Of a stretch of 64,000 nucleotides of DNA, positions 52,463 through 63,674 are shown piece after piece. Origin of the DNA: Streptococcus sp. (GTDB lineage Bacteria > Bacillota > Bacilli > Lactobacillales > Streptococcaceae); contig JAUMZQ010000004.1 in assembly GCA_030528055.1 (NCBI GenBank), positions 15,160 through 79,159 of the forward strand, read 5' to 3'. Positions within the stretch are counted from its first letter, which is position 1. Each line of letters begins with the position of its first letter. Under the pieces are notes generated by a model. The model made no database searches. It saw nothing but the letters and a program-made list of their open reading frames with translations, and was not told the origin of the DNA. Made by a program: the position numbers and the translations under genes.

Positions 52463-53746
52463 AAATTTGCGAATCACACTTTCTGCTTCTTCTTGATAAA
52501 GACTGATCAAACCTTCCTTACAGGCACGAATCATATCACCAGGTTTTACAGCATAAGGAAGTGTAATAGTTAACAGCTCCATGGGATTGGGGGCACGATT
52601 AATTTTATTTCCCTTGCCATCACACAAATTATGGATATAGGTCTCAAAATGACGGAAACCAGGACCGTAAAACTCAACTTTATCTCCTTCGCAGATAACA
52701 TTTCTTTGGCGGATAGTCGCAATCTGATTCTTCTCATCATAAGCCACAACTTCCGCTACAAACTTGTATTCTGGAATTTTACGACGAACGCCAAATAATT
52801 GTTCATTTTCTGTCGGAACATGGTAATAAAACCCTGTTGCCAATTCGCGCTGAGCAACCTTCCACAACTCATCTACCAAGTCTTGTTTGATTTCTTCGTA
52901 TGCCTCTGGACTCTCAAGGTAAGCATCTACTGCCGCTTTGTAGCAATTTGTTACCGTCGATACATAGTGGATAGACTTCATTCGACCTTCTATTTTTAGA
53001 CTATCAACTCCATTTTCAATCATATCTGGAATATGATCAATCATAGACATATCTACCGCAGACATAGAAAAGGGTTCTGGAATTTCTCCTTTTAAACTCC
53101 TACGTTCCTGTCCAAATGGAAGATCATATAAGTCATATTTCCATCTACAAGATTGGGAGCAACCACCACGATTAGCATCGCGCATGCTCATATGATTTGA
53201 TAATGTACAACGCCCAGAATATGATATACACATAGCACCATGAACAAAAGCTTCTATCTCAACATCCGTTTTTTTGCGAATTTCAGATAGTTCTGACATG
53301 GAGACTTCGCGTGCAAGCACTACACGCGTTAAACCAAATTGTTTCCAGAATTCAAGAGTCTCATAATTTGTCGCGCTAGCTTGAGTGGATAAATGAATCT
53401 CTAAACCGGGAGCCTCTGTCGCCGCAATCGCAATCAAAGCTGGATCGGAAATAATAACCGCTGCAATGCCAATATCACGCAGTTGTCTGAACCATTCACC
53501 AGCCCCTTTTTCATTTCCTTCATGAGTCACCATATTCGCAGCAACGTAGACTTTAGCTCCATAACGAGCCGCAAATTGTACTCCCTCGCTCATCTCATCT
53601 AAGCTAAAATTTCCAGCGCGACTGCGTAAGCCATAAGCCTGTCCACCAATAAAAACAGCATCCGCTCCATAACGAATAGCTACCTTCAATTTTTCCAGCG
53701 TACCAGCAGGTGCTAACACCTCTGGACGTTTTAATTGTTTAATCAT
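52451..53746 (-). CDS. peptidase U32 family protein (tRNA/rRNA hydroxylase-type, YrrO/TrhP-like)
   Basis: Start at MIKQLKRPEVLAPAG with RBS AGGAGAAAAG; U32 Cys cluster (CISYSGRC...CSQSCRW). Confidence 0.8.
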   Translation of the reverse strand: MIKQLKRPEVLAPAGTLEKLKVAIRYGADAVFIGGQAYGLRSRAGNFSLDEMSEGVQFAARYGAKVYVAANMVTHEGNEKGAGEWFRQLRDIGIAAVIISDPALIAIAATEAPGLEIHLSTQASATNYETLEFWKQFGLTRVVLAREVSMSELSEIRKKTDVEIEAFVHGAMCISYSGRCTLSNHMSMRDANRGGCSQSCRWKYDLYDLPFGQERRSLKGEIPEPFSMSAVDMSMIDHIPDMIENGVDSLKIEGRMKSIHYVSTVTNCYKAAVDAYLESPEAYEEIKQDLVDELWKVAQRELATGFYYHVPTENEQLFGVRRKIPEYKFVAEVVAYDEKNQIATIRQRNVICEGDKVEFYGPGFRHFETYIHNLCDGKGNKINRAPNPMELLTITLPYAVKPGDMIRACKEGLISLYQEEAESVIRKFKKK

Positions 53747-53824
53747 CTTTTCTCCTATTTGCAATATAAAAGTTTGATGTTTCTCTATTCATTTTATAGC
53801 AATTTAAAATGAAAATCAAGATAG

Positions 53825-53857
53825 AAAAAAATGAATGAGCACATTCATTTTTTATTT
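53825..53857 (-). terminator. hairpin/terminator between the two U32 genes
   Basis: aatgaatg/cattcatt hairpin flanked by A and T runs. Confidence 0.45.
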
Positions 53858-53892
53858 TATTCGAATTAAATCAAAAAATAATTAAAACTATC

Positions 53893-54822
53893 TTATTTTA
53901 CCATATCCGGATCATACTCATAAAATCCAGTGCCAAGAAATCTTTTTTTAGGATGCAATTCTTGAATTTTTTCATCAAATTGAAGAGCTTGTTCTTGAGT
54001 AAATGTATGATTTTCAATTAAATCTCTTGCTTGGGTAAAAAGTTTAGCAATTTCTACAAAGTTATGGCCTGGTGTATATAATCCTTCTAATTTCCAATGA
54101 GTGAAATTGTATTTTACCAACTCTTCCAATTTCAACATCATATTTAAGTCATTATTTGCAAAAATATGGGTTCCGTGATGATCTTCAAAAATAGAATAAT
54201 GGCTTGTTGGATCATTTGGTTCGGCTAAAAATAAATCACGTTCTCTCGTTTTCTCATCATCAATATGGGTAAAATTGTAGTAATTTTGCAAAAGAGGGCG
54301 TTTGGAATGGTGAATCACACTAGCACCATAAACCAATATTTCTGCAGGTATTTCAAGAATGTTTGACATTTCAAAAAGCTCGGCAGATGGGATTTCACGA
54401 GCTAGAACAGCTTCTGAAACGCCTGCATGTTGCTTCCAAAAATTAATCTGGCGACTACTTGTTACCATAGTTGAAGCATCGTAGATTGTTTTCAATTGGT
54501 AATGATCTCTCTGTAAGACGTAAAAAATTCCAGCATCTCCAACTGTAATATAATCTGCTTTAATGTCCTGTAAAAAGTCTAAATAAGGTTTGACAGAATT
54601 CATCATTTCTTGGCTCATAAGTGCGTTGACAGCTACTGTCAATTCTTTTTTGGCTTCATGAACTCGTTTAGAAATTCGATTTAATTCGTCATAAGTGAAA
54701 CAATGGGGTAGACGAAGACCATAATTTTTTTCACCAACATAAATTCGATCCACACCTGCTTGCAATAATTCTTCAACTTGTTCCATGCTTTCGGCGGTTG
54801 CTGTAATAATTATCTTTTTCAT
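53893..54822 (-). CDS. peptidase U32 family protein (YrrN-like)
   Basis: 309 aa; U32 N-terminal TIM-barrel-like region (AGVDRIYVG). Confidence 0.8.
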   Translation of the reverse strand: MKKIIITATAESMEQVEELLQAGVDRIYVGEKNYGLRLPHCFTYDELNRISKRVHEAKKELTVAVNALMSQEMMNSVKPYLDFLQDIKADYITVGDAGIFYVLQRDHYQLKTIYDASTMVTSSRQINFWKQHAGVSEAVLAREIPSAELFEMSNILEIPAEILVYGASVIHHSKRPLLQNYYNFTHIDDEKTRERDLFLAEPNDPTSHYSIFEDHHGTHIFANNDLNMMLKLEELVKYNFTHWKLEGLYTPGHNFVEIAKLFTQARDLIENHTFTQEQALQFDEKIQELHPKKRFLGTGFYEYDPDMVK

Positions 54823-54952
54823 AGCACTATTATAACAAAAAAATTGAATTCAATTATTTTTAATTCGAATTTATTCGTTTTGTAATTGTTTTGTAACATT
54901 ATTTGCTAGAAAAAAATGGTAGAATTATAAAGTACTGTAAGGAGAGAGGATT

Positions 54953-55258
54953 ATGCCCGTAAGAGATTATAAACAATATAAAGATTCAGTTGATTACAAC
55001 TACCAACAAGTTCAACAAGAACAAGCCCCACTTTACCAAGAATACCTACCTGAAGCTGAAATCACACCTAAATTAAGTGAGTTATTCTTCTTCTTGAATA
55101 TAGCTATGTTCTGCGTTTTAACCGTTTTATTTAGCTTTGTATTCTTATCTGTTAAAATGAACACTTTTGCAGCTTTTGCATTGGCAATTACTGCTAGTTT
55201 GTTTACAATACAAGGATACCGTATGTTTGTTAAAAAATACCGTAAAGCTAAATCTTAA
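54953..55258 (+). CDS. hypothetical membrane protein
   Basis: RBS GGAGAGAGG; 101 aa; Gln/Tyr-rich N-terminus and two TM segments; extended -10 TGGTAGAAT upstream. Confidence 0.5.
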   Translation: MPVRDYKQYKDSVDYNYQQVQQEQAPLYQEYLPEAEITPKLSELFFFLNIAMFCVLTVLFSFVFLSVKMNTFAAFALAITASLFTIQGYRMFVKKYRKAKS

Positions 55259-55287
55259 TAGTACTAATTTTTTTGATAAATAGCCAA

Positions 55288-55322
55288 GTAGAAGCGTTCT
55301 TTGTGGGTGCTTCTATTTTTTT
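55288..55322 (+). terminator. terminator
   Basis: gtagaagc/gcttcta hairpin plus T7. Confidence 0.55.
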
Positions 55323-55417
55323 ATGTTACTTTATCCATCATAAAAGGTCATAAGATAGACTGTTATTAGCTTATCTTATGACCTTTTAATTTATTTTTGA
55401 TGAAGATTTGATGCTTA

Positions 55418-55864
55418 TCAGTTTTCTGTTTCTTCTTCTAAATTAATAACAATTTCTTCAGAAATTGAATCTGATTCCAAAGAAGTTTCGGGTGTCTCTT
55501 CTGAGCTTTCCTCTTCTAAGTGTTCTTCTTCCTTTTCAAGTCTATCTTTAATTTCTTGGAATTTATCGTGTGAATAATCTACTACAGATTTTGTAGTTTC
55601 CTTGACCGATTCAATAATGGTGTCTGTTGTAATTTCACCATTTTCAACTTTTTCTTTTGTTTGATGAATAACAGTTACAGCTTGATCGGAAAACTCTTTT
55701 GCTGATTGTACAACAGAATCATGTACTTGTTCTGGATTTTCATGATAATTCTTGACAAAATCACTAACTTTTTTCGTGACTTGCTTACCCTTTGAAGTGG
55801 TTAAAAAGTATGCTACACTTGCTCCAGAAATAGCACCTAATAGAAGTGATGAAATTTTTCCCAT
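55418..55864 (-). CDS. YtxH-like membrane protein with an acidic C-terminal tail
   Basis: Start at MGKISS with RBS AAGAGGA; Gly-zipper TM (LLGAISGASVAYF); Glu/Ser-rich C-terminus. Confidence 0.6.
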   Translation of the reverse strand: MGKISSLLLGAISGASVAYFLTTSKGKQVTKKVSDFVKNYHENPEQVHDSVVQSAKEFSDQAVTVIHQTKEKVENGEITTDTIIESVKETTKSVVDYSHDKFQEIKDRLEKEEEHLEEESSEETPETSLESDSISEEIVINLEEETEN

Positions 55865-55880
55865 GATCTTATCCTCTTTC

Positions 55881-56276
55881 TTATTTTTTAAATAATTTTG
55901 AAACAAAACGAATAGCTGAAAGACCAGCAGTTGTCTTTACAGTTCCTTTACCAGCAACAACAGCTTTTTTACCCAAAACACGCGCTTGGTCATTCAAATC
56001 TGAAACAGATTCTGAAAGATCTGCCACTGCTGTAAACAGTGGATCAATTGTTGCTACTTTTTGATTAATATCATCTGTTAAAACATTGAGCTTAGCTAAT
56101 AAATCATTTGTTTGATGGAGTGTGATGTTGATATCAGAAGTTAATACTTTTATTGTATTTTCTGTTTCATCCATCATCTGTCCTGCTTTATCTCCAAGTT
56201 TTTTCATCGTAATTGTCATAAAAATGACAAATATAATTAAAGCAAGTGCAAGTAAACTATAAGCGATTTCAACCAT
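55881..56276 (-). CDS. DUF948 domain membrane protein
   Basis: 131 aa; N-terminal TM then a coiled-coil region; paired with the YtxH-like gene as in ytxGH. Confidence 0.55.
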   Translation of the reverse strand: MVEIAYSLLALALIIFVIFMTITMKKLGDKAGQMMDETENTIKVLTSDINITLHQTNDLLAKLNVLTDDINQKVATIDPLFTAVADLSESVSDLNDQARVLGKKAVVAGKGTVKTTAGLSAIRFVSKLFKK

Positions 56277-56288
56277 TATAACGTTCTC

Positions 56289-57068
56289 CTATTCATTTCG
56301 ATAATATGGGGCTTGTTTTTTTCTTTGATATGCAATGATAGCTACTCCTATGATAACTAGAAGAAGCGACAGCCATTGGGATACTCTCAAACCAACAAAC
56401 ATAAGACTATCTGTTCTCATCCCTTCAATAATCATACGACCTAAACCGTACCAAATAAGATAAAAGGCTGTGATTTCTCCTCGTCTTAGAAACTTTGTTT
56501 TTCGTCGTAATATCATTATCAGGATAAAGCCAATTAAGTTCCAAACAGATTCGTAAAGAAAAGTTGGTTGGCGATAAGCCCCATCTATATACATATTTTT
56601 ACTAATAAAATTTGGTAAATAATTCAAATGTTTAACTACTGCACCATAAGCTTCATGGTTGAAAAAATTTCCCCATCGCCCAATACTTTGAGCAATTAAG
56701 ACACTGGGAGCTGCCACATCCAAAAAGTCAACTGGATGAATCAACCGCCTTTGCGAGAAGAAATACAGAATCAGTGCTCCTGTAATTAATCCACCATAAA
56801 TTGCTAAGCCACCATTCCATATCTCAAAGATTTGATCTAAGTGCTGGCTATAATATTTCCATTCAAAAATAACATAGTAGAGACGAGCACCAATGATAGA
56901 AAGAGGAAAAGCAACTAAGATAAAGTCAAGAATGTCATCTGATAAAATTTTCTTCTTGGGTGCTTCTTTCATTGATAAATAAACTGCTAAGATGAGCCCT
57001 GCAACGATAAACAATGCATACCAACGAATACTAAACGGTCCTAATTTAAAGGCTACTGGATTAATCAT
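56289..57068 (-). CDS. lgt: prolipoprotein diacylglyceryl transferase
   Basis: 259 aa polytopic protein with the Lgt signature region ([10 protein letters not shown]...G.R.G). Confidence 0.9.
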   Translation of the reverse strand: MINPVAFKLGPFSIRWYALFIVAGLILAVYLSMKEAPKKKILSDDILDFILVAFPLSIIGARLYYVIFEWKYYSQHLDQIFEIWNGGLAIYGGLITGALILYFFSQRRLIHPVDFLDVAAPSVLIAQSIGRWGNFFNHEAYGAVVKHLNYLPNFISKNMYIDGAYRQPTFLYESVWNLIGFILIMILRRKTKFLRRGEITAFYLIWYGLGRMIIEGMRTDSLMFVGLRVSQWLSLLLVIIGVAIIAYQRKKQAPYYRNE

Positions 57069-57996
57069 GTTTCACCTCGTTCTGTTTAATAAGATTTGTG
57101 AGCCGGTCTTCAAATATTTTTGTAGCATCGTAGCCCATTTCTTTCGCACGATAATTCATAGCAGCCGCTTCAATTACGACAGAGATATTTCGACCTGTTT
57201 TAACTGGAATGCGAATGCTTGGAATACTGACTCCTGATATTTTTAATTCCTCAGAACTATTTCCAAGTCTATCAAAAGTTTTATCGACATCATAATTTTC
57301 CAGATAAACTGCAATTTGTACTTGCGATGAATCTTTGACGGCACTGGCTCCATAGAGACTCATGATATCAATAATACCAACTCCTCGAATTTCTAACAAG
57401 TGGCGTAAAATCTCTGCTGGCTCACCCCAAAGGGTCATCTCATCTTTAGCATAAATATCTACTCGATCATCTGCTACCAAGCGATGACCTCTTTTTACTA
57501 GTTCTAAACCTGTTTCACTCTTACCAATTCCACTGTCTCCCTGAATGAGAACTCCCATACCGTAGATGTCCATTAAAACTCCATGAACACTCGTTCGTTC
57601 TGCTAAACGGAAATCAAGATAATTAGAGATTTCGCCTGATAGTCGACTAGTTGGCGTTCGACTACCTAAAATAGCTATATTTTTTTCTTTGGCTGCTCGT
57701 AACATTTCCTCGGGAATCTCTAAGTCACGCGCAACGATAACAACTGGTGTTTCTGGTTGGAACATTTTACAGAGAACTTGGTAACGATTATGAGGAGTCA
57801 TCTTCATCAGATAAGACCATTCTTTCATACCAATCAGTTGAATTCTCTCTGGCGTATAATAATCAAAATAGCCAGTCATTTCAAGTCCGGGGCGTGAGAT
57901 GTCCGAAGTTGCAATTTCTTTTTCCAACAAATCCTGTTCGCCATAAATTTTCTTAAGGCGAATTTTTTTTATGAGGTCTTTGACCTTTACAGACAT
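57061..57996 (-). CDS. hprK: HPr kinase/phosphorylase
   Basis: 311 aa; P-loop GDSGIGKSE; overlaps lgt start. Confidence 0.95.
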   Translation of the reverse strand: MSVKVKDLIKKIRLKKIYGEQDLLEKEIATSDISRPGLEMTGYFDYYTPERIQLIGMKEWSYLMKMTPHNRYQVLCKMFQPETPVVIVARDLEIPEEMLRAAKEKNIAILGSRTPTSRLSGEISNYLDFRLAERTSVHGVLMDIYGMGVLIQGDSGIGKSETGLELVKRGHRLVADDRVDIYAKDEMTLWGEPAEILRHLLEIRGVGIIDIMSLYGASAVKDSSQVQIAVYLENYDVDKTFDRLGNSSEELKISGVSIPSIRIPVKTGRNISVVIEAAAMNYRAKEMGYDATKIFEDRLTNLIKQNEVKHD

Positions 57997-58077
57997 TCGT
58001 TTCTCCCTTCAAATATTCTTGTTCTATTATAGCAAATTTTTAGACTAATAGAGAGTTTTAGCTTGTATTTTATAAAT

Positions 58078-58110
58078 TAAAAAAAGTTATGAATTCGTAG
58101 TTCATAACTT
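58078..58110 (-). terminator. terminator after the NUDIX gene
   Basis: agttatgaa/ttcataact hairpin plus T-run on the minus strand. Confidence 0.55.
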
Positions 58111-58605
58111 TAAATTGTCTTCTATCATCAATTTTAACCATTTTTTCTGATCGTTAAACACATCATGATTTTCTATAAATTCTTCTAATTTTTCCAAAGA
58201 AACCCATATATGACCGTCTGTTTCTCCAGTTTGGTAGGTAATATCCGTTTTGTCTCCATCCACAATAGCCTCATAATAATCAAAATGACATTGTTCTTCC
58301 AACAAAGTTTCTTGATTAACTAACTGAATTGATGTTGGAACAAGACCAGTTTCTTCTTGCAATTCTCGTAAAGCTGCATTGTAACTATCTTCTTCAGCCA
58401 AAACACTACCACCAGCTCCCAATTCATAATAGTTTGGATACTGTCTTTTTTTAGGACTTCTATGCATAAAAAGAAAATCGCCATCCGAATGGCGAACAAA
58501 AACATTGACGCATAGATGAAACTGTCCATCAGAAATTGGCTGATCTCTTACTAATAAATGGGGTAGTTTTTGGCGATCTATATCATAAGCATTCCAAACT
58601 TCCAT
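58102..58605 (-). CDS. NUDIX hydrolase
   Basis: Nudix box GAGGSVLAEEDSYNAALRELQEETG. Confidence 0.85.
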   Translation of the reverse strand: MEVWNAYDIDRQKLPHLLVRDQPISDGQFHLCVNVFVRHSDGDFLFMHRSPKKRQYPNYYELGAGGSVLAEEDSYNAALRELQEETGLVPTSIQLVNQETLLEEQCHFDYYEAIVDGDKTDITYQTGETDGHIWVSLEKLEEFIENHDVFNDQKKWLKLMIEDNLKL

Positions 58606-58630
58606 TTAACCCTCCTTCTTATCATACCAT

Positions 58631-58900
58631 TTACCAAATCCAATCGTCATCATCAATCGGAGTGGCATCTTTTCTTTTGCGAGGGCCTGTACCATACATT
58701 TCCTTTTCAACATCTTCTTTATAAGGCATTGCTAAAGCTAATAAAATATAGATAAGAATACCAATACCAAAATTAAGCACGGTAAAAATTATAAAAATAA
58801 TTCGTACAAGACCTCTTTCAAATCCAAATTTATCAGCAAGTCCGGACAAAACTCCTGCAATTATTTTATGTCTTCTTAATTTATAAAATTTCACTTTCAT
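58631..58900 (-). CDS. PspC-domain membrane protein
   Basis: 89 aa; PspC motif IAGVLSGLADKFG plus a TM helix. Confidence 0.7.
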   Translation of the reverse strand: MKVKFYKLRRHKIIAGVLSGLADKFGFERGLVRIIFIIFTVLNFGIGILIYILLALAMPYKEDVEKEMYGTGPRKRKDATPIDDDDWIW

Positions 58901-58951
58901 GTTTGTATCCTCAGATATCCTATTTACCCCATTCTATCATAGAAAGAGAAC

Positions 58952-58975
58952 AAAAAAATCAGCCCAAAGGCTGAA
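58952..58975 (-). terminator. terminator after the SprT gene
   Basis: tcagcc/ggctga hairpin plus T7 on the minus strand. Confidence 0.5.
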
Positions 58976-58982
58976 ATAGGTA

Positions 58983-59423
58983 TTAAATTTTACCAAGTAA
59001 AAGGATTAGTTGCCCTTTACACTTTCCACAACAATATTTTTGGGTATTAACTCTTCGTTGCCGCTGAATTTTTACTTTGCACCTTTCACATTGATAAACA
59101 AATCGTACTTTAGGTGAACTCAAAGATGGGGCGTAACGAATACCATCTACTTGTTTGAGCAATTCTTTAAAATCCTTATCTTGATGACGAAAACCCTTTT
59201 TTTGATAGTAGAGGTGGTAATGGCAAAGTTCATGCCGTACAATTTTACGAAAAATTTCTAAACCAAATTGTTCATAAATTTTGGGATTAAAATCTAGGTG
59301 TCCATCATTGGGGAAAAAGCGTCCCCCTGTTGTACGCAAACGAGGATTCCAAAAAGCTTGATGATAAAATGCTTGGTTGAAGTCTTCAAGCGAAACTTGT
59401 TGAACATAATCAGTTAGATTCAT
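58983..59423 (-). CDS. SprT-like zinc metallopeptidase family protein
   Basis: HELCHY zinc motif and C-terminal CxxC...CxxC. Confidence 0.8.
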   Translation of the reverse strand: MNLTDYVQQVSLEDFNQAFYHQAFWNPRLRTTGGRFFPNDGHLDFNPKIYEQFGLEIFRKIVRHELCHYHLYYQKKGFRHQDKDFKELLKQVDGIRYAPSLSSPKVRFVYQCERCKVKIQRQRRVNTQKYCCGKCKGQLILLLGKI

Positions 59424-61542
59424 TAGGTTCTAGTAATGAAAGATTAACTTTCTCTCGTTGAATATCTAATTTTTCGACCCAGACTGTTACCAAATCCCCA
59501 ACAGAAAGAACTTGGCTAGGATGCTTGATAAAATTTTTGCTCATTTTAGAAATATGAATCAGTCCATCTTCATGGATACCAATATCCACAAAGGCTCCAA
59601 AGTCGACTACATTTCGAACAACACCTTCTAGTTTTTGTCCAATTTGCAAATCCTTAATGTCTAAAACATCTTGACGCAATACCGGAGCATCAAAAGAATC
59701 TCGAAAATCTCTTCCTGGTTTGAGCAAGTTTTCAATGATATCCTTGAGAGTTTCTTCTCCAATTTCCAGTTGTTCCGCTACTTCCTTTATTTGAATCGTT
59801 TCTAATTTTCCTTGCGCATTTTGATCTATTTGATCAATGTCAAGTATCTTAAAGAGTTTAGCCACTGCTGAATAACTTTCTGGATGCACTCCTGTGTTAT
59901 CCAATAAATTGCTACTTTCAGGAATTCTTAGAAAGCCTGCTGCTTGCTCAAAAGCCTTCGCTCCTAATCTTGGAACTTTTTTGATAGCTTCGCGTGAAAG
60001 AATTAAGCCTTCTTCTTCTCGATATTTAACGATGTTTTCAGAAATAGTTTTATTAAGTCCAGCCACATGTGAAAGTAGTGCAGGACTAGCTGTATTAACG
60101 TTTACTCCAACTTGATTCACCACTGTATCTACAACAAAATCTAAACTTTCGGATAATTTTTTCTGGCTAACATCATGCTGATACTGTCCTACTCCAATAG
60201 ATTTTGGATCAATCTTGACCAATTCTGCCAATGGATCTTGTAAACGCCGAGCGATTGAAATAGCCGAACGTTTTTCGACCGTTAAATCTGGAAATTCATG
60301 TCTAGCCAATTCACTAGCAGAGTATACCGATGCTCCACTTTCATTCACAATAACATAGCTGACATTTGGGTAGTTTTTAAGCACTTCTGCTACAAAAGCT
60401 TCACTTTCTCGACTAGCCGTTCCGTTACCAATCGCAATAATCTCGACTCCAAATTCTTCAATCAAGTTAGAGATTTCTTTTTTTGCAGATTCAATTTGTG
60501 CTGTTTTAGCAGGTGGAACGGGATAGATAACTTGTGTTGTCAACACTCTTCCTGTAGCATCCACAACTGCTAGCTTTGCACCTGTACGAAATGCAGGATC
60601 AAACCCTAGTACAACACGCCCTTTCAAAGGTGCAATTAAAAGAAGATGCCTCAAATTTTCTGAAAATAGTTGAATTGCTCCATTTTCTGCTGTTTCGGTT
60701 AATTCTGTTCGAATGCGACGCTCCATAGCTGGAATAATTTTCTTTTTTACAGCTTGTTGGATTGCGTCTAAAATATAGCTATTTTTTATTTTAAATCGAA
60801 TTTCAAAAAAACGTAGTATTTTATCTATATTGTGTTCAAAATCGACCTTTAAAACACCTAATTTTTCCCCTCTATTAAGTGCCAATGTTCGATAGCCTTG
60901 TATCGTTGATACTTTTTCCGAGAAATCATAGTAGATTTGAAAAATTTGTTTTTCATCTAAATCGCCATCTTTTAAACTTGAAACTAGTGTGGAATTTGAA
61001 AGAATCTCATGATAAGTCCACGAACGTAATTTTAAATCTTCTGAAATAACCTCAATCAAGATATCCACTGCTCCCGCTAAAGCAAGAGGAGCTTCTGGAA
61101 AAGTCTCACTAACGTATTTTTTAGCTTCTTCTTCTAGATTGGATACATCTTGTAATATCAGTCGAACCAAAGGAGAAAGACCTGCTTCACGAGCAATTGT
61201 TGCTTTCGTGCGACGTTTTTCTTTATAGGGCAGATACAATTCCTCAACATCAGCCAATTTTTCTGCAGCTTCAATAGCTGTTTTTAGCTGTTCTGTCAGT
61301 TTTCCTTGCTCTTCAATTTTATGCAACACTGCTACTTTACGTTCAGATAAGGCTGTTAAACTTTTATCCAAATCAATGATAGCCTTAATGGCTACCTCAT
61401 CTAAGTTTCCTGTCATCTCTTTACGATAACGTGCGATAAAAGGAATGGTATTTCCCTCTTTTGTAAGTTCTAAAACTTTGCTAATCTGACTTTTTTTAAG
61501 AGCCAAATTTTCAGCTATTTTTTCAATCAATGTATTTTCCAT
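59410..61542 (-). CDS. tex: Tex-like transcription accessory protein (S1 RNA-binding)
   Basis: 710 aa with HhH, YqgF-like and C-terminal S1 domains. Confidence 0.9.
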   Translation of the reverse strand: MENTLIEKIAENLALKKSQISKVLELTKEGNTIPFIARYRKEMTGNLDEVAIKAIIDLDKSLTALSERKVAVLHKIEEQGKLTEQLKTAIEAAEKLADVEELYLPYKEKRRTKATIAREAGLSPLVRLILQDVSNLEEEAKKYVSETFPEAPLALAGAVDILIEVISEDLKLRSWTYHEILSNSTLVSSLKDGDLDEKQIFQIYYDFSEKVSTIQGYRTLALNRGEKLGVLKVDFEHNIDKILRFFEIRFKIKNSYILDAIQQAVKKKIIPAMERRIRTELTETAENGAIQLFSENLRHLLLIAPLKGRVVLGFDPAFRTGAKLAVVDATGRVLTTQVIYPVPPAKTAQIESAKKEISNLIEEFGVEIIAIGNGTASRESEAFVAEVLKNYPNVSYVIVNESGASVYSASELARHEFPDLTVEKRSAISIARRLQDPLAELVKIDPKSIGVGQYQHDVSQKKLSESLDFVVDTVVNQVGVNVNTASPALLSHVAGLNKTISENIVKYREEEGLILSREAIKKVPRLGAKAFEQAAGFLRIPESSNLLDNTGVHPESYSAVAKLFKILDIDQIDQNAQGKLETIQIKEVAEQLEIGEETLKDIIENLLKPGRDFRDSFDAPVLRQDVLDIKDLQIGQKLEGVVRNVVDFGAFVDIGIHEDGLIHISKMSKNFIKHPSQVLSVGDLVTVWVEKLDIQREKVNLSLLEPNESN

Positions 61543-61634
61543 AATGGTTTCATTATATCATAAAAAGACTGAATTTGGATACGTTTTCCAATGATTAAAT
61601 GGTGCTTTATTTCTCAATTTATCATTCTTTCATA

Positions 61635-61669
61635 AAAATAAAATGAAGCACCTATTATAGTGCTTCATT
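61635..61669 (-). terminator. terminator
   Basis: atgaagcac/gtgcttcat hairpin plus T-run. Confidence 0.6.
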
Positions 61670-61671
61670 CA

Positions 61672-62766
61672 TTAATTCATATTGACACGATGCCATTCAT
61701 TGATAATATAAGAAAGTTGTCCAATTTGTTCAATTCCAACGCCGCTAATCTCATCGCTATACTCTGTTGCACCTCCTAAACAAGATGTGTAAAGAGCTAC
61801 AATGTATGGTTTTTCCTCCATCACAATCGCATCTACATTTAGAGCTTCTCTCACATAACCCGGTTTTTGATAAATCGTGATGTCGCGTAAATAACGCTTA
61901 TAATACTCATTTGGGAAAGATTCTCCGATAAAATAAAGAATGTCCTTATATTTTTCCTTATTTTTCCACAGATAATCTAAGACTTGAATGTAATAATCAG
62001 TTGTTGTCTTATTATCTTGATTAATCGTTTTCACTTCAGTTGACTTTGATTGCCCGTAGTTACTAAACAGTTCATGTGCTTTTTCCATTCCTCCCAGTCG
62101 TTCAGCCAAGGCATAGGCTGGGGTATTTTCGGAATAGACTAAAGAATATTCCTGCATGTCAGAAATAGTCATGGCACCATTAAAAGCTGCCACATAATTA
62201 TCATGCTCTCCTTGGTATTCAAAAGCTGTGTGCGTAATGTCAAAACGTTCTTCCATTGATAAATTTCCTTTTGCTACTTCATCTACAACGAGCATATTTA
62301 AAGGTAATTTATATGTTGAACCTGCAGTCATTGGTTGCGTTTCATTCATTGCAAAGGTTTGACCTGTTGTTAAATCCTTATATGATAAAGCTATCTGCGA
62401 AGGTTCGATTCCTACTTCATCCATATAAGTCTGAATGACTTGAGTTAAACTGAGATTAGCATAATCATAATGAAGTCCCAGAGCATCCATGGTTGCCTCA
62501 TCTGTTTCCATTACTTTTTGTTTGGCCTCCGGACTTTTAGGAACTATTTCAGGTTTGTCGGATGTGGTTTTGTTCTCAGAAGACGATTTCCCATTTTCTT
62601 CACCAGACTGTTCTTTCTCCAGTAATTTAGAACTACTTTTTAAGATAACTGCCTGCTTTTTCATATTATCATGCTGTTCTTTATTCTTATAAAGAAGAAA
62701 TCCGAAAGTAATTAAACAAACAACACAAAATAGACTGACCAAAATAGTAACTAATTTTTTACTCAA
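61672..62766 (-). CDS. membrane-anchored serine hydrolase, class A beta-lactamase-like
   Basis: 364 aa; N-terminal TM; Ser/Glu/Lys-rich linker; MTAGSTYKL SxxK motif in a beta-lactamase-like fold. Confidence 0.6.
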   Translation of the reverse strand: MSKKLVTILVSLFCVVCLITFGFLLYKNKEQHDNMKKQAVILKSSSKLLEKEQSGEENGKSSSENKTTSDKPEIVPKSPEAKQKVMETDEATMDALGLHYDYANLSLTQVIQTYMDEVGIEPSQIALSYKDLTTGQTFAMNETQPMTAGSTYKLPLNMLVVDEVAKGNLSMEERFDITHTAFEYQGEHDNYVAAFNGAMTISDMQEYSLVYSENTPAYALAERLGGMEKAHELFSNYGQSKSTEVKTINQDNKTTTDYYIQVLDYLWKNKEKYKDILYFIGESFPNEYYKRYLRDITIYQKPGYVREALNVDAIVMEEKPYIVALYTSCLGGATEYSDEISGVGIEQIGQLSYIINEWHRVNMN

Positions 62767-62905
62767 GATTCTTCTCCTTACTTCTGTTATTATAAATTAT
62801 AAGCAATTCTAAAGAAAATAACAAGTATAACTTGGCTTTTAAAGAATAAAAATAAAATCATCACCACTAAAATAAATAACAACTCAGTTTATGAATGACT
62901 GAAAA

Positions 62906-62948
62906 ACAAAAAAATGAAGAAAATAACTCAAAAGAAATTTTCTTCATT
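62906..62948 (-). terminator. sodA terminator
   Basis: Perfect 11-bp stem atgaagaaaat/attttcttcat plus T7. Confidence 0.7.
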
Positions 62949-62981
62949 TTTATGAATATATATTTTTAAATGTAACAACTA

Positions 62982-63587
62982 TTATTTACTAGCCGCGTAC
63001 AATTCGTTCACTTTATCCCAGTTAATTATAGAGAAGAAAGCTTTAATGTAGTCAGGACGAACATTACGATATTTCACATAATAAGCATGTTCCCACACGT
63101 CCAATCCCAAAATTGGAGTTTTTCCGTCAGAAATTGGGGTATCTTGATTGGCTGTAGATACTACTTCTAATTTTCCTTCTTTGTTAACAACTAACCATGC
63201 CCATCCAGAACCAAATCGTGTTGTTGCAGCTGCTGTAAAAGTAGCTTTAAACTCTTCAAACGATCCAAATGTTGCATCAATAGCTGCTGCAAGTTCTGCT
63301 GAAGGTTTTGTTTCTTTTGATGTCAATAATTCCCAAAATAGTGCGTGATTCAAATGTCCACCACCATTATTAATCACTGCTTGACGAATATCTGAAGGAA
63401 TAGATTGAACATCAGCCAGTAATTTCACTAAATCTTCACCAATTTCAGGATGTTTTTCAAGTGCTGCATTAACGTTTGTCACGTAAGCATTATGGTGTTT
63501 ATCGTGATGGAGATGCATTGTTTCTTCGTCAATGTATGGTTCAAGTGCATCATAAGGATAAGGAAGTTCAGGTAAGATAATAGCCAT
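62982..63587 (-). CDS. sodA: manganese superoxide dismutase
   Basis: 201 aa; Fe/Mn SOD motifs ([14 protein letters not shown]). Confidence 0.95.
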   Translation of the reverse strand: MAIILPELPYPYDALEPYIDEETMHLHHDKHHNAYVTNVNAALEKHPEIGEDLVKLLADVQSIPSDIRQAVINNGGGHLNHALFWELLTSKETKPSAELAAAIDATFGSFEEFKATFTAAATTRFGSGWAWLVVNKEGKLEVVSTANQDTPISDGKTPILGLDVWEHAYYVKYRNVRPDYIKAFFSIINWDKVNELYAASK

Positions 63588-63674
63588 ATTTTATACCTCT
63601 TTTCATTTAATACCAAAATAGTAACGCAAATACTAGTATTTTTCAACTATTTTGCTCAATCAAGGGTTGAAAAA

